64,000 nucleotides of DNA from the NCBI GenBank assembly GCA_965240325.2, contig OZ251226.1, positions 1,550,001-1,614,000 of the forward strand, written 5' to 3'. Each line of letters begins with the position of its first letter. Position 1 is the stretch's first letter. Of the stretch, positions 1-12,300 are shown in pieces. Origin of the DNA: Rebecca billardiae RCC1528. Taxonomy: Eukaryota > Protista > Haptophyta. The notes beneath the pieces are model-generated. The model ran no database searches. It saw nothing but the letters and a program-made list of their open reading frames with translations, and was not told where the DNA came from. The position numbers and the translations under genes were made by a program.

Positions 1-1
1 A

Positions 2-451
2 TGGCGAAGCAGTGCGGAGATGCTGGTGCTCGCGACGAGCCTCGTGGAGGCTCCCCCGCCCTTCTACAACCCGCCGGTGGCCCGATGCGACATGACACTC
101 ATCACCCATCGCATCGAGCTCGATGAACGCCTTCCTGCCAGTGCAACCAGCTCGCATGCAGCCGATGCGTCGAGCGCGGCCAAGGCAGCGGCATCGAAGC
201 TGGCAGCACGCGTCCCAACCGAGGCCATCAAGACGGCAACGACGACGACACACGCCACGCGTGCTCTGCGGGCGGCCACGCTGCCTGCGCCGTCCACATC
301 CGACCTCGAGGCTATTTCGACGAAGATGCTCGCCCTCGCAAGCGCGTATGGCGTGGATCTCACCCTTGCGGGCACCCGCCGCCCCATGGTGAGCGTCGCA
401 GAGTCTGAGGATGGCATCACCTTCACTATCCAGATCCAGAAGCATCATTGA
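2..451 (+). CDS. Hypothetical protein, probably 5'-truncated by the window edge
   Basis: Frame is open from the window start to TGA 449-451, with C/G-rich third positions; no recognisable domain. Confidence 0.4.
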   Translation, partial: WRSSAEMLVLATSLVEAPPPFYNPPVARCDMTLITHRIELDERLPASATSSHAADASSAAKAAASKLAARVPTEAIKTATTTTHATRALRAATLPAPSTSDLEAISTKMLALASAYGVDLTLAGTRRPMVSVAESEDGITFTIQIQKHH

Positions 452-1435
452 TATGACCGCGTGCCGCGCGGTCCTTTTTCGTCAGAACCAACGCAGTTGG
501 GGGCCCGCGGTGGCCGTGCACTCATCCGTCGCAGTTCATGAATCGTCGGCGGACTACGTTCGCATTCTCACGACTCTCACTCACTCTCTGCAGTCAGATA
601 TCTCAACTCTCCGCCGACTCAGACCGCGCCCCGAACGGCCATACGCCCGGGCGTCGTCAGCCCGCAAGTTCCGGGCGCGCGGGCCAGAGGCAGAGGCAGA
701 GCCCCACGGCCTGACGACTCGGTGACAGACTCCGCCGACGGTCCGGCCGAATCACTCAGTGAGTGACTCGTCATCAGAGTCTGCCACTGATGATCTGATC
801 CGACCAGTCTGCCGGACGTAGTCACACACCGTTCGGGCTCAGATCACCCGAGGACTGATCGGCGGGAAGTGCTTAGGGGCGGGAATGCTTAGGAATGCTC
901 TCCGAGCTGCAGCCGCTCACGCAGCTCGGCCGCCTGCGCGAGCCTGGAGCATAGCACAACGGCCTGGCGCACGGCACAACGGGCTCCCTGCGGCTCGTCA
1001 CTCGTGACACCCTGGATCGCGACCTTTGTCTGTAGCCTCGCCGCCGCGGCGCCGCGGTGCTATGCTGTCGACCGACGGCCCGCAGGGCGAGGGCGACTGC
1101 GAGCACGGGCGAGAGGGGAGCACGGCATCGCCCGTAGCAGATGCCACCTCGCCATCGTCGCGGGGCTCGCCGCTCGCAGATCAGCCTGTTGCTCTCGTGT
1201 CAGGCATCTGTCGTGCCCATCAGTGCTAGAGCCGCACAGAGCGCGGCTCGCGCGCCAAATGCCCACCCATGCGCCAGTCAAGCCGTCGAGACTCGAGACA
1301 GCTCGGATGCGGCGGACGAGAGCAAAATAGATGTGCGCGCGCCGCGGAGTCCAGCTCGTGCTGCGAAGACTCGCCCAGCCTCGCCGCCCGCAGATCTGCG
1401 CGCGCTACTTCGGCCGCGCTGCATCCAAGGAGACT

Positions 1436-2101
1436 TTAAAAATCCACATGTTCCGAACGACGATGGGCCGTACCGCGTACGTGTGGCATGCTGCCCGCCC
1501 TCTTGTATGCACGCATCGCATTCTCATCGCCACGGCCAGCCCCGAAATCCATGGCTGGGACCGCCGACAAAGCAGCTGCGGCAATGCCGACGGTCACAAT
1601 GGTGGAGTATGATAGGAATCCCACGCGCAGCTCGGAATTGTGCTTTCGCCGCTGAACACCCGCCGTGACTGCCAGCACGAGTCCCAGCACTCGGGTGAGG
1701 TGAGGGACGCGTCGGAGGCCAGGCAACCCCAAAGCATCAGGGTCCATGAGCACCAGCACCACGAAAGGCCATGCCACCTTGGCGGCACGGCCCACCTTCT
1801 TCGAGTTCCGCATGCCCACTCGCGCGGCATCTCGCGACGATGGCGATGATCCAGCATCACTTGCAGGACTGTCCTCGTCTGCCAACAAGCGTCGCAATTG
1901 CCGGCGTCGCACGCCAGCCACGATGGCCAACGCGAGCGCAAGCACGCGGGCGAAATGAGGCATGCGACGAAGCCCAGGCAGGCCCATAGCATCCTGGTCG
2001 ACGAGTGTCAGCACCACGAACGGCCACGCCACCTTCGCAACGCGGGCCGCCCTTCGTGAGGGCATCGTCTGCACTTCGCGACTGAGTTGAGTCGACGGCA
2101 T
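1436..2101 (-). CDS. Hypothetical small membrane protein with two internal ~50-aa repeats
   Basis: Two copies of KVAWPFVVLxLxDxDAxGLPGLRRxPHxxRVLxLxLA differ largely at synonymous positions in this frame; start (2101 or 2065) and end uncertain. Confidence 0.45.
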   Translation of the reverse strand: MPSTQLSREVQTMPSRRAARVAKVAWPFVVLTLVDQDAMGLPGLRRMPHFARVLALALAIVAGVRRRQLRRLLADEDSPASDAGSSPSSRDAARVGMRNSKKVGRAAKVAWPFVVLVLMDPDALGLPGLRRVPHLTRVLGLVLAVTAGVQRRKHNSELRVGFLSYSTIVTVGIAAAALSAVPAMDFGAGRGDENAMRAYKRAGSMPHVRGTAHRRSEHVDF

Positions 2102-2221
2102 CACTCGACCTCGCCGCCCCGTGAACCAAAGATGGCGGCGCGACGAGCAGCAGCAGCCATTTTTATTCATCGCGCGTCAATTTCGGCCGACGGGCAGCCA
2201 AAAAATATCGAGGTCGGCACG

Positions 2222-2521
2222 ATGTCGTCGCCCGCCGGCGGCAAACCACCGCTCATGGTGAAGCCAGGCGTGGCGTGGACGGGCGTGCTGATGAGCTCGG
2301 CCGCAGTCCTTGGTGCTGCGGCCCTGAGCGGCCGGGTCGATAATCCGTTGCTGCCATCGTGGTCTGCCTTTCACTTCGGTGCAGCTTTGGCGAGCGTCAA
2401 CGAGCGCCATGTTGTGAATGCTGGCATGCATGGCGCCTGCATGGTCGCTGTTCTCTGTGTGTGGCGCACGATGCAAACACCGACATCTAGCTCGCACGGT
2501 GTGTCGTCTGAAGGCAAGTGA
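2222..2521 (+). CDS. Hypothetical ~99-aa hydrophobic protein
   Basis: ATG follows a short AT-rich patch; 2-3 hydrophobic stretches; no homolog recognised. Confidence 0.35.
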   Translation: MSSPAGGKPPLMVKPGVAWTGVLMSSAAVLGAAALSGRVDNPLLPSWSAFHFGAALASVNERHVVNAGMHGACMVAVLCVWRTMQTPTSSSHGVSSEGK

Positions 2522-2924
2522 AGAATGCGCTCTCCGGCTGCCATTCGCAGGTCTTGCTTTTCATCAATCCTCGGAGATGACAGACGATGTGTCGGAGAAT
2601 CTGAATCCGATTCACGCCAAGAACGATCGTCGTGGAGTGCCGATTTGGTTCGCAGCTCCTAGATCGCGGCGCTGCGTGGACCACTTGATGTTCGTCGATC
2701 AAAGCGCGCGCGCGCCGTGGCATCATGATCATCATCATCATCACTACATCATCGTCGTCATATCGGGACGACGAACCTAAGTTGCGTGTAGTACTAGTTA
2801 GTAGTTTCTGCCGCTGCGGCTGCGTCGGTCAGCGACATGTCCATGTCCATGACGACATCAATTGATGACGACTACAATTTGATACGACTACTGGCTATGC
2901 GCTGCGGCATGCATCATGTTACTA

Positions 2925-2992
2925 CATGTTATATATTGAGAATTATTTGCGATACATATATATATCAGTATAATATTTTAAAAAAATAACAT
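2925..2992. other. AT-rich tract between convergent 3' ends (possible 3' processing region)
   Basis: atatattgagaattatttg...tatatatcagtataatattttaaaaaaataac in a very GC-rich background, downstream of the giant gene's stop. Confidence 0.3.
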
Positions 2993-3311
2993 CATGTAGT
3001 CGTCGTGTCGGCATCATATCCGTCATCGCTCATCAGGCTTAGTCGTATATCAGGCACTCATCATCACCAGCACGACAGTCGACAGTAGCAGCTGTCAGGC
3101 CTGTCAGCTGCCATCGTCGCCAATCAATAATGCTGATGCTGATGAGCGCTCACTCTCTTCAGTGGAGCACCGCTGGAGCTGCCTGCGGCGCGCGGGCGCA
3201 CCCGTGGCCGTGGGCCACGCTGCAGGCCCCGCCCCCAGGCCACGCGGGGCTGCGGCCCGGTCTCCATCCATCCGCGCAGCTCAGTTCGTCGCTGCTTACA
3301 CCTTGGTTGGT

Positions 3312-6300
3312 CTACATGGCGATCCTGCTTCTGGGAAGCGCGTTCGACCCGCGAGAGCCATGGGCAGACTGCTGCACCTGCCCGCGGTACGTGGTGTCCG
3401 CGAGACGCTCTGTGTTCATGCGGACAGATCGCATCTGGTCGACCAGATTCGCCACCTGTCGCACGCAGAGAGCGCCGCGCAAATCGCACGGGGCAAACGG
3501 CATCGTGATGAGTGCTGCCGCGGGCGGGGCAAGCGCGCGGACTGTGGGGGGCGCGGGGCACTCACGTTCTGCTGCAGGCCGCGAAGCACCTCGCCGAGCA
3601 CGTCCTGCACCGTCGGCGCATCGATCACCCACTTCTTGACGAGCGGGTAGATCCTCTCCAGGACGTAGTCGCGCACGGCCCGCTGCGAGGCCTCGAACGA
3701 TTTGATCTCGTCGAATAGTTCGGGCATCTGCTCGCGCGCGAGCGGGGCGGGCCGTACGCTGTGAGTCGCAGGGCTTGGCCCCCCGGGGGACGGCGCGCGC
3801 AGGCGAGCGCAATCGGCGCACCTCCTCGGCGAGCACGGGGCCCTGGCGGCGCTCCATGTCGCGCGCCTCCTCGACGATGACCGTGAAGTAGTGGATGCCG
3901 TCCTGCTGCGACTCCATCCAGTCGCGCAGCTGCTCGGCCTCCTGCAGCATCTCCTCCAGGCTGGAAATAGCCTTCTCCTCGTTCTCGAGCAGCTGCTCTT
4001 CGAAGTCGTCCACCTTGGCGCGCTCCTTGCGGGCGCTCGGGTCGCCGCGGACGCCGCCTCGCGACTGAATCAGCGAGCGGATGATCGGGTGCTCCTCGGA
4101 CTCCTCGCGCATGGCGTCGTCGAGCGGCGTGCGGCCGAAACTGTCGGTCGTGTTCACATTGATGCCTGGCACGGTCAGCAGGTAGTTGCACGCCGAGAGC
4201 TTCACCGAGGACGCGGCCACGTGCAGCGGCGTGCGGCCCATCGCGTCCTGCACGTTGACATCGCACCTGAAGCGAATGAGCCGCTGGAGCTGGTCGACGT
4301 CGTCGTCCACTGCCGCCTCGCACATCCACTGCGCGGGATCGAACGTCCCCAGGTGCGCTGAGTTGGAGAGCAGCAGGTCGACGCACGCGTCGTTCTTGGA
4401 GAGCAGCGCGTCCTGCAGCGGCGTCACGCCCCAGCGGTCGCGCGCATTCACGTGCGCGCCGTAGTCGATGAGCAGCTCGCAGTTGCGCACCTGGCCGCTC
4501 GCCGCGGCGACGTGCAGCGCCGTGCGCTTGTCTTGGTCGTTCAGGTTGACGTCCACGCCGAAGCGGCACAGCTTCATGAGCTTCACGTCGCCGCCCGTTT
4601 CTATCGCCGCGAGGCACAGGTCTTCGACCTGCGTGTCCCCGCCACGAGTGCCGCCCTTGCTCCACAAGAGCTCGGCCACGTCGTTGTGGTTGTGCCGGAG
4701 GGCGTCGCTGAGCGGGGTGCCGTTGTGATGATCCTCCACCGCCAGATCAGCGGACGAGTCGAGCAGGAGCTTGACGACCTCGAGGTGCCCGCCGCACGCC
4801 GCGAGGTGCAGCGCACGCCGCCCGCTGCGGTCGCCGCGGTTGACGTCCACGCTCGTGTTCTGGATGATCTCCTTCGCGCTCGCGAGGTCGCCCTTCGCGC
4901 ACGCGATGACGAGCCGGCTGAGGTGCAGGTCGTCGCGCTTCTCTCGCGCGCTCAGGAGCACCTTCTCCAATGACGTCCGGTTGTCTTCCACAGGGGCCTC
5001 AGCCTGCTTTGAGCCACTGTTGCCGGTCTTGTCGCTCGACTCCGATGGCGGTGATTTCACCGCAGTGAGGGCCGTTGCCTTGGACCTGGCAGACAGCTTC
5101 GACCTGTGGCTCCCCACTGCGCACGCAGAGGGCAACACAGGGCAACGGGCGCGCGGCGCGCGCACGAGTGCGTGTCAGCTGTGTGCGCAGCGCGTGAGAG
5201 CACCGCAGTCCGATCGCGCTCACCTTCATCGAAAATGCGCGCGTACTGGCGCATCGCGCTGTCCATCATCAGCCCCTCCTCCTGCGGGTACGTCTTGGTC
5301 AGCGCCTTGTACGCGTCGCGCGTGAGCGCGTACACGACCGTCTCCACGCTGCGTGCGGAGCGGCCGTTCTTGAAGTGGCGGATGTTGAATGTGAATGCCA
5401 TGCCGCCGACGGTGGTGCCAGAGCCGCGCACGTCGACACCGTCGTTGTCGTCGTACGCTGCCTCAATCTCGCTGAGCTGCATCTCGTCCTCGTACATCTC
5501 GATGCTGCCCGACTTGATGACAAGCAGCTCGCTGCAGACCTCGCCCATGCGGAAGACCATCGACTCCGGCTCGATGCGACGCTCCTTGAGCACCGAGGCG
5601 AAGCGATCCTTGAAGCCCTCCGAGCACTCGGCGAGCAGCGAGCAGCCGCTGATGAGATGCCGTACGGTGTGCTTGGACACTTCGAGCTGAAGCGACATGG
5701 GGAGCATGTCGTACACCTGCTCCGACTGCACGGACGAGAGCGACGCGTCCTTCAGCCGCGCGTGGAAGAACGCCTCGATCTTCGCCTTGAGGTCGGCAGG
5801 CACGCGGATGTGCGCGACGTACGACTGCACGATCTCGAGCTGCGCGCGCTTGGCCACGATCTCGTCGTCCTGCTTCATCACGAGCGCCGAGATCTGGCCG
5901 ACAGTCCACGCGTACACGGTCATGTTCACGATCATCGCGACCACGAAGAAGAGCAGCTCGGCGTACGTCGCCGGGAGCTGTGTCAGCCCGAGCGACGTGA
6001 GCATCGTCATGACGAAATAGAGGCACATCAGGTACTGGTTTGCAAACGAGCGGTGCTCGTCCTCCGCTGGGTTGATGGCCTGCTCGTTCTCGAGTAGCAT
6101 CGTCCACCACGTCGTCGGTTCGTTCTGGGCCGGCGGGGAGAATGCGCACAGATTCCAGATACACGAGCCGATGTGGGCCGTGTACAGCAGCACGCCCAGG
6201 TACAGCTGCAGGCCGCTGCGGAGGTCGTCATCGGGGCAGCGCTTCCGCCAGCGCCGCACAGCAGCGCGCACATACCGCATGTTGATCATGCGCAGCAAGC

Positions 6301-9300
6301 GGAGCACGAACGGAACGAAGGCGGGCGCGCCCACGGCGAGCGCAAGGAAGTTGTGCGGCCAGCACGCAAAGCAGTCGAGCGGGAAGTCCCTCGCAAAGTA
6401 TTGCCGAGCGATCCCAGCGGGGTCGTACACGGTGACCGAGTGCTGATTCACGACGGAGACGCGGAAGCGCAGCGCGATGCGCATGAGGTAGAAGATGTCT
6501 GCGACGATGCCCGTGAACAGCAGCTCTGGCGTGTGGACCGAGCGCTCCACGAAGCACACGCTGACGGGGATGATGACCGCATCCCACGCCGTGAGATACA
6601 GGAACAAGGTCTCGAACAGACCGAACGCCCTCGACTCGTGGCGGAGGATGAAGCGAGGCACATCGTGCGCGGACGTTGACGACCCACCGTCTGGCTTACC
6701 CTCAACCAGTGCAAGCAGTCGCGTTGACCGAGCTAGGCCGAGGGCTGCACCGATGCGCAGCTTTGCGCGGCTCGCCTCGTCGATGTGCTCCAGCAGCGGA
6801 GTCGCCTCCTCTGCAGCCGAGTCGCGGTCTTGGTTGTCCGTCAAGGCCTCGCGGTGTGCGTGCAGCGCTTCGACCATCCGCTGCCACGTCGGTGGCTGAT
6901 CAGCATCCTGCTGCTGCCCAACTTCGGTGAGCATGATGCCGTTGGCCTGCACGGGGCCGCCGTCGTCACTCGTGGCATCGCTGGTAGCATCGCTGTCATC
7001 GCTGTCGGGCGCCGCGCGAGCTGCGGCTTGCGGTTGAACCATCTTCACCTTCAGGTCCATGTCGAGCTTCTCGGCCGCCCACTCCTCGACGTGCGCCGGC
7101 GTGATGTCGTCCGGAATCGCGAGCGTCTGCCGCATGTGGTAGAGCAGCGCCCCAGCTTGCACCATGCCGGCGGGGTCCAGCCGCTCGCTGTCGATGTGCT
7201 GAGAGATGTGGCTTGCAAGGGCGATGCACGCGCGCGGCTCAGACAACGCACTGCCAAGCGCCTCCTTGGCCTTGTCCTCGAGCGTCAGCAGCTCCAGGCC
7301 CTGCAGGTCCTCGAGCCCACCCGCCTCGTCGTCGAGCGTGTTCTCGCGGCCACCGACCGTCAGCTGACTTACTGCGTTCGCCAGCAGCCATGATGAGACG
7401 CCGACGTAAAACTGCATCTCCGTCAAAAAGCGCGCCGAGCTCGACGCCTTCTTGAACGAAGACAGCGGGCTGCCAGAGCGAGAGCGCGAAGCTTCGGAAG
7501 AGTCCGTGTCCGAGTGCGAGCCAGCCGATTCTGAGGTCATCGTGCTCTCCGACAAGGAATCGCGCGGGGCACGCTGAGGGAAAGCTGGGTTCGACGTCTT
7601 AGGGGGAGGCGGCTCGGACGAGACGTCTGAGTCCGCGCCGTCGGAGTGCGAGATCATGGGCTCCATTGACACGGGTGGCGGCCCCGAAGCTGCAATGTCC
7701 GCGAGCATCTCGTCGTGGTGGTCCGCGTATCGGTCGGCGCCCTGCATGTCAAGAGCGCCGGCAGGCATTGTCGCGGTCGTCTCGAGCGCCTGCTTCAGCA
7801 GCTCGTCCTCCGTCTTGCCCATCTCCGCCGGCAGACGCTCCTTGCGGTGCTTCGGACCCACCTGATCCGAGCGGTGCGACACCTCCACCTCCGACGGCAG
7901 CAGCTGCAGCAGCTGACCCAGCTTCGCCAACCGCTCCTTCAGGTCGCTCCCGCCGCCAACCTCGAACTGCACGCCAAAGCACAGGCGGTACACGCCGTTC
8001 GAGTCGTGCACCGGACGCATCGACAGCAGGTTCTGGAACGTCTCGCCGTTCTTGCGGTAGTTGGTGATCTTCACGAAGCAGTCCGCGCCGCGGCGGAGCG
8101 TGTCCTGGATGATCGCCACAGACGCCGGCTCCGTGCGCGGGCCCTGCAAGAACCGGCAGTTCCGACCCTGCGCCTCGTACTTCGCAAAGCCCGTCACGCG
8201 GCAGAACTCGCGGTTCACAAACAGCATCGGGTTGCCCGGCATCGCCATGTCCGACAGCACGATGCACGCCTTGAACGTCTCCGCGAACGCGACGAACGAG
8301 TGGATGAAGCCAGCCAGGTCCTCCGGAACCTTGTACTTGTCCCAGATCAGGTCCTTGCGCTGCTTGATGCGCTGGCCCGCCACGGCAGCGTCCACGATCG
8401 CGTCGCACAACGGCGAGCGCACAAACCGAGCCAGCGCGTCGCCCGCGAGCTTCTTGCCAATCTCGGACACCTTCTCCTCCACGGCGCGCATGTCCATCGA
8501 CTTGGCCTGCGCAGAGCTCAGACCGAGGTGGCGCTCGAGCACCGTGCGCTTCCGCACGTCGCGAGACGCGCCCGCCGCCATGCTGCTCAGCTTCCGACCC
8601 TCGGACCAGAACTCGAGCTCGCTGTCCTCGTTGGACTCCTTCAGGAACGAGCGGAACGCGTCGTACGCCTGCGCGTCCTCAGTCAGACGCTCCAGGCTCG
8701 ACTCAGAGTCGAGCGTCCACTTCAGACGAGTGAACAGCGCCTGCGCCGAGCGGAACTGACGCTCCTTCGCGCCCTCGTCCACATACACCGCCTGCGCAGC
8801 AAACGTCGACGGCTGCGCAGACGCCGGCATGCGCCGCGGCAGCAGCTCGCGCAGCGCCGACAGCGCCTGCTGCTCCTCCGCCGTCTGCTCCTCCGCGCAC
8901 GACAGCACGCCCAGCGAGTACCGGTACTCGCCGTTCGTGTCCATCACCGGCGTGAGCGACAGGTCGTTCGTGAAGCGAGAGCCGTTCTTGCGGTAGTTCG
9001 TCACCTGCACGCGCAGCTCTGTCTTCTTGCGCAGCGCGCGCACCATCTTCGACACCATGTTCGGCTCCGTCCGGTCGCCCTGCAAGAAGCGGCAGTTGCG
9101 GCCCTCCACCTCGTACTTCGGGTAGCCGGTCACGCGCGTGAAGCCGCCGTTGCAGTACATCACCGTCACGCCCGGCACCGTCATGTCCGTGATCGCAACC
9201 GCGAGCGGCAGCTGATCGACGGCCGCCTTGAGCGCGCCCAGCCACGTGCCGTCGCCCACGCTCGGCACGCTGCCCGCGCTCAGCGCCTGCAGGATCTCCA

Positions 9301-12300
9301 TCGTCGGCTGCGGAAGGCTGACGCCACCGTAAGCGTCGCCTGCAACACTCATCGAGCTCACCTGATACTGCTGCTCCTGCTGCTGCGCCATGCCCATGCC
9401 CAGAGCGCCTGAAGCCATGCTCATCGACATGCGAGGCTGCATGGCTGGGGACATCGCCTGCGCGCTGGCGTAGCCGTTGCAACAACTGCCCATTGCACCC
9501 ATCACGCCAAGTGGCTGCTGCGCCATGCCCAGGCCAGGGCTCAGACCCGCGCCCATGCCCATGCCCACGCCCATGCCCATACCTGGCGCCATCGACATGC
9601 GCGAAGGCGGCGCGCCCGACGACATGCTCATCGACGCGCGCGACGCCATCGCCGGGCTCATCGACATCGGCGGCGCCATCATCGGCGCCGCCATCGTCGG
9701 CGCCATCGGCGTCTCGTCGAACGGCAGGCTGCCGCCCGAGATCTCCGCCATCATCTCGTCGTGGTGGTCCGCGTAGCGGTCGGCGCCCTGCATGTCGAGC
9801 GCGGTCGGCGGCATCGCGGCGGTCGTCTCGAGCGCCTGCTTCAGCAGCTCGTCCTCCGTCTTGCCCATCTCCGCCGGCAGACGCTCCTTGCGGTGCTTCG
9901 GGCCCACCTGATCCGAGCGGTGCGACACCTCCACCTCCGACGGCAGCAGCTGCAGCAGCTGACCCAGCTTCGCCAACCGCTCCTTCAGGTCGCTCCCGCC
10001 GCCAACCTCGAACTGCACGCCAAAGCACAGGCGGTACACGCCGTTCGAGTCGTGCACCGGACGCATCGACAGCAGGTTCTGGAACGTCTCGCCGTTCTTG
10101 CGGTAGTTGGTGATCTTCACGAAGCAGTCCGCGCCGCGGCGGAGCGTGTCCTGGATGATCGCCACAGACGCCGGCTCCGTGCGCGGGCCCTGCAAGAACC
10201 GGCAGTTCCGACCCTGCGCCTCGTACTTCGCAAAGCCCGTCACGCGGCAGAACTCGCGGTTCACAAACAGCATCGGGTTGCCCGGCATCGCCATGTCCGA
10301 CAGCACGATGCACGCCTTGAACGTCTCCGCGAACGCGACGAACGAGTGGATGAAGCCAGCCAGGTCCTCCGGAACCTTGTACTTGTCCCAGATCAGGTCC
10401 TTGCGCTGCTTGATGCGCTGGCCCGCCACGGCAGCGTCCACGATCGCGTCGCACAACGGCGAGCGCACAAACCGAGCCAGGGCGTCGCCCGCGAGCTTCT
10501 TGCCAATCTCGGACACCTTCTCCTCCACGGCGCGCATGTCCATCGACTTGGCCTGCGCAGAGCTCAGACCGAGGTGGCGCTCGAGCACCGTGCGCTTCCG
10601 CACGTCGCGAGACGCGCCCGCCGCCATGCTGCTCAGCTTCCGACCCTCGGACCAGAACTCGAGCTCGCTGTCCTCGTTGGACTCCTTCAGGAACGAGCGG
10701 AACGCGTCGTACGCCTGCGCGTCCTCAGTCAGACGCTCCAGGCTCGACTCAGAGTCGAGCGTCCACTTCAGACGAGTGAACAGCGCCTGCGCCGAGCGGA
10801 ACTGACGCTCCTTCGCGCCCTCGTCCACATACACCGCCTGCGCAGCAAACGTCGACGGCTGCGCAGACGCCGGCATGCGCCGCGGCAGCAGCTCGCGCAG
10901 CGCCGACAGCGCCTGCTGCTCCTCCGCCGTCTGCTCCTCCGCGCACGACAGCACGCCCAGCGAGTACCGGTACTCGCCGTTCGTGTCCATCACCGGCGTG
11001 AGCGACAGGTCGTTCGTGAAGCGAGAGCCGTTCTTGCGGTAGTTCGTCACCTGCACGTGCAGCTCCTTCTTCTTGCGCAGCGCGCGCACCATCTTCGACA
11101 CGATGTTCGGCTCCGTCCGGTCGCCCTGCAAGAAGCGGCAGTTGCGGCCCTCCACCTCGTACTTCGGGTAGCCGGTCACGCGCGTGAAGCCGCCGTTGCA
11201 GTACATCACCGTCACGCCCGGCACCGTCATGTCCGTGATCGCAACCGCGAGCGGCAGCTGATCGACGGCCGCCTTGAGCGCGCCCAGCCACGTGCCGTCG
11301 CCCATGCTCGGCACGCTGCCCGCGCTCAGCGCCTGCAGGATCTCCATCGTCGGCTGCGGAAGGCTGAAGCCGCCACCGCCGTCGCCCATGCCGCCCGCGC
11401 CGCCCATCGCGCTCGGCGGCTGCTGCGCCGCCATGCCCATGCCCATGCCCATGCCCGGCGCCATCGACATGCGCGAAGGCGGCGCGCCCGACGACATGCT
11501 CATCGACGCGCGCGGCGCCATCGCCGGGCTCATCGACATCGGCGCCGCCATCATCGGCGCCGCCATCGTCGGCGCCATCGGCGTCTCGTCGAACGGCAGG
11601 CTGCCGCCCGAGATCTCCGCCATCATCTCGTCGTGGTGGTCCGCGTAGCGGTCGGCGCCCTTCATGTCGAGCGCGGTCGGCGGCATCGCGGCGGTCGTCT
11701 CGAGCGCCTGCTTCAGCAGCTCGTCCTCCGTCTTGCCCATCTCCGCCGGCAGACGCTCCTTGCGGTGCTTCGGGCCCACCTGATCCGAGCGGTGCGACAC
11801 CTCCACCTCCGACGGCAGCAGCTGCAGCAGCTGACCCAGCTTCGCCAACCGCTCCTTCAGGTCGCTCCCGCCGCCAACCTCGAACTGCACGCCAAAGCAC
11901 AGGCGGTACACGCCGTTCGAGTCGTGCACCGGACGCATCGACAGCAGGTTCTGGAACGTCTCGCCGTTCTTGCGGTAGTTGGTGATCTTCACGAAGCAGT
12001 CCGCGCCGCGGCGGAGCGTGTCCTGGATGATCGCCACAGACGCCGGCTCCGTGCGCGGGCCCTGCAAGAACCGGCAGTTCCGACCCTGCGCCTCGTGCTT
12101 CGCAAAGCCCGTCACGCGGCAGAACTCGCGGTTCACAAACAGCATCGGGTTGCCCGGCATCGCCATGTCCGACAGCACGATGCACGCCTTGAACGTCTCC
12201 GCGAACGCGACGAACGAGTGGATGAAGCCAGCCAGGTCCTCCGGAACCTTGTACTTGTCCCAGATCAGGTCCTTGCGCTGCTTGATGCGCTGGCCCGCCA

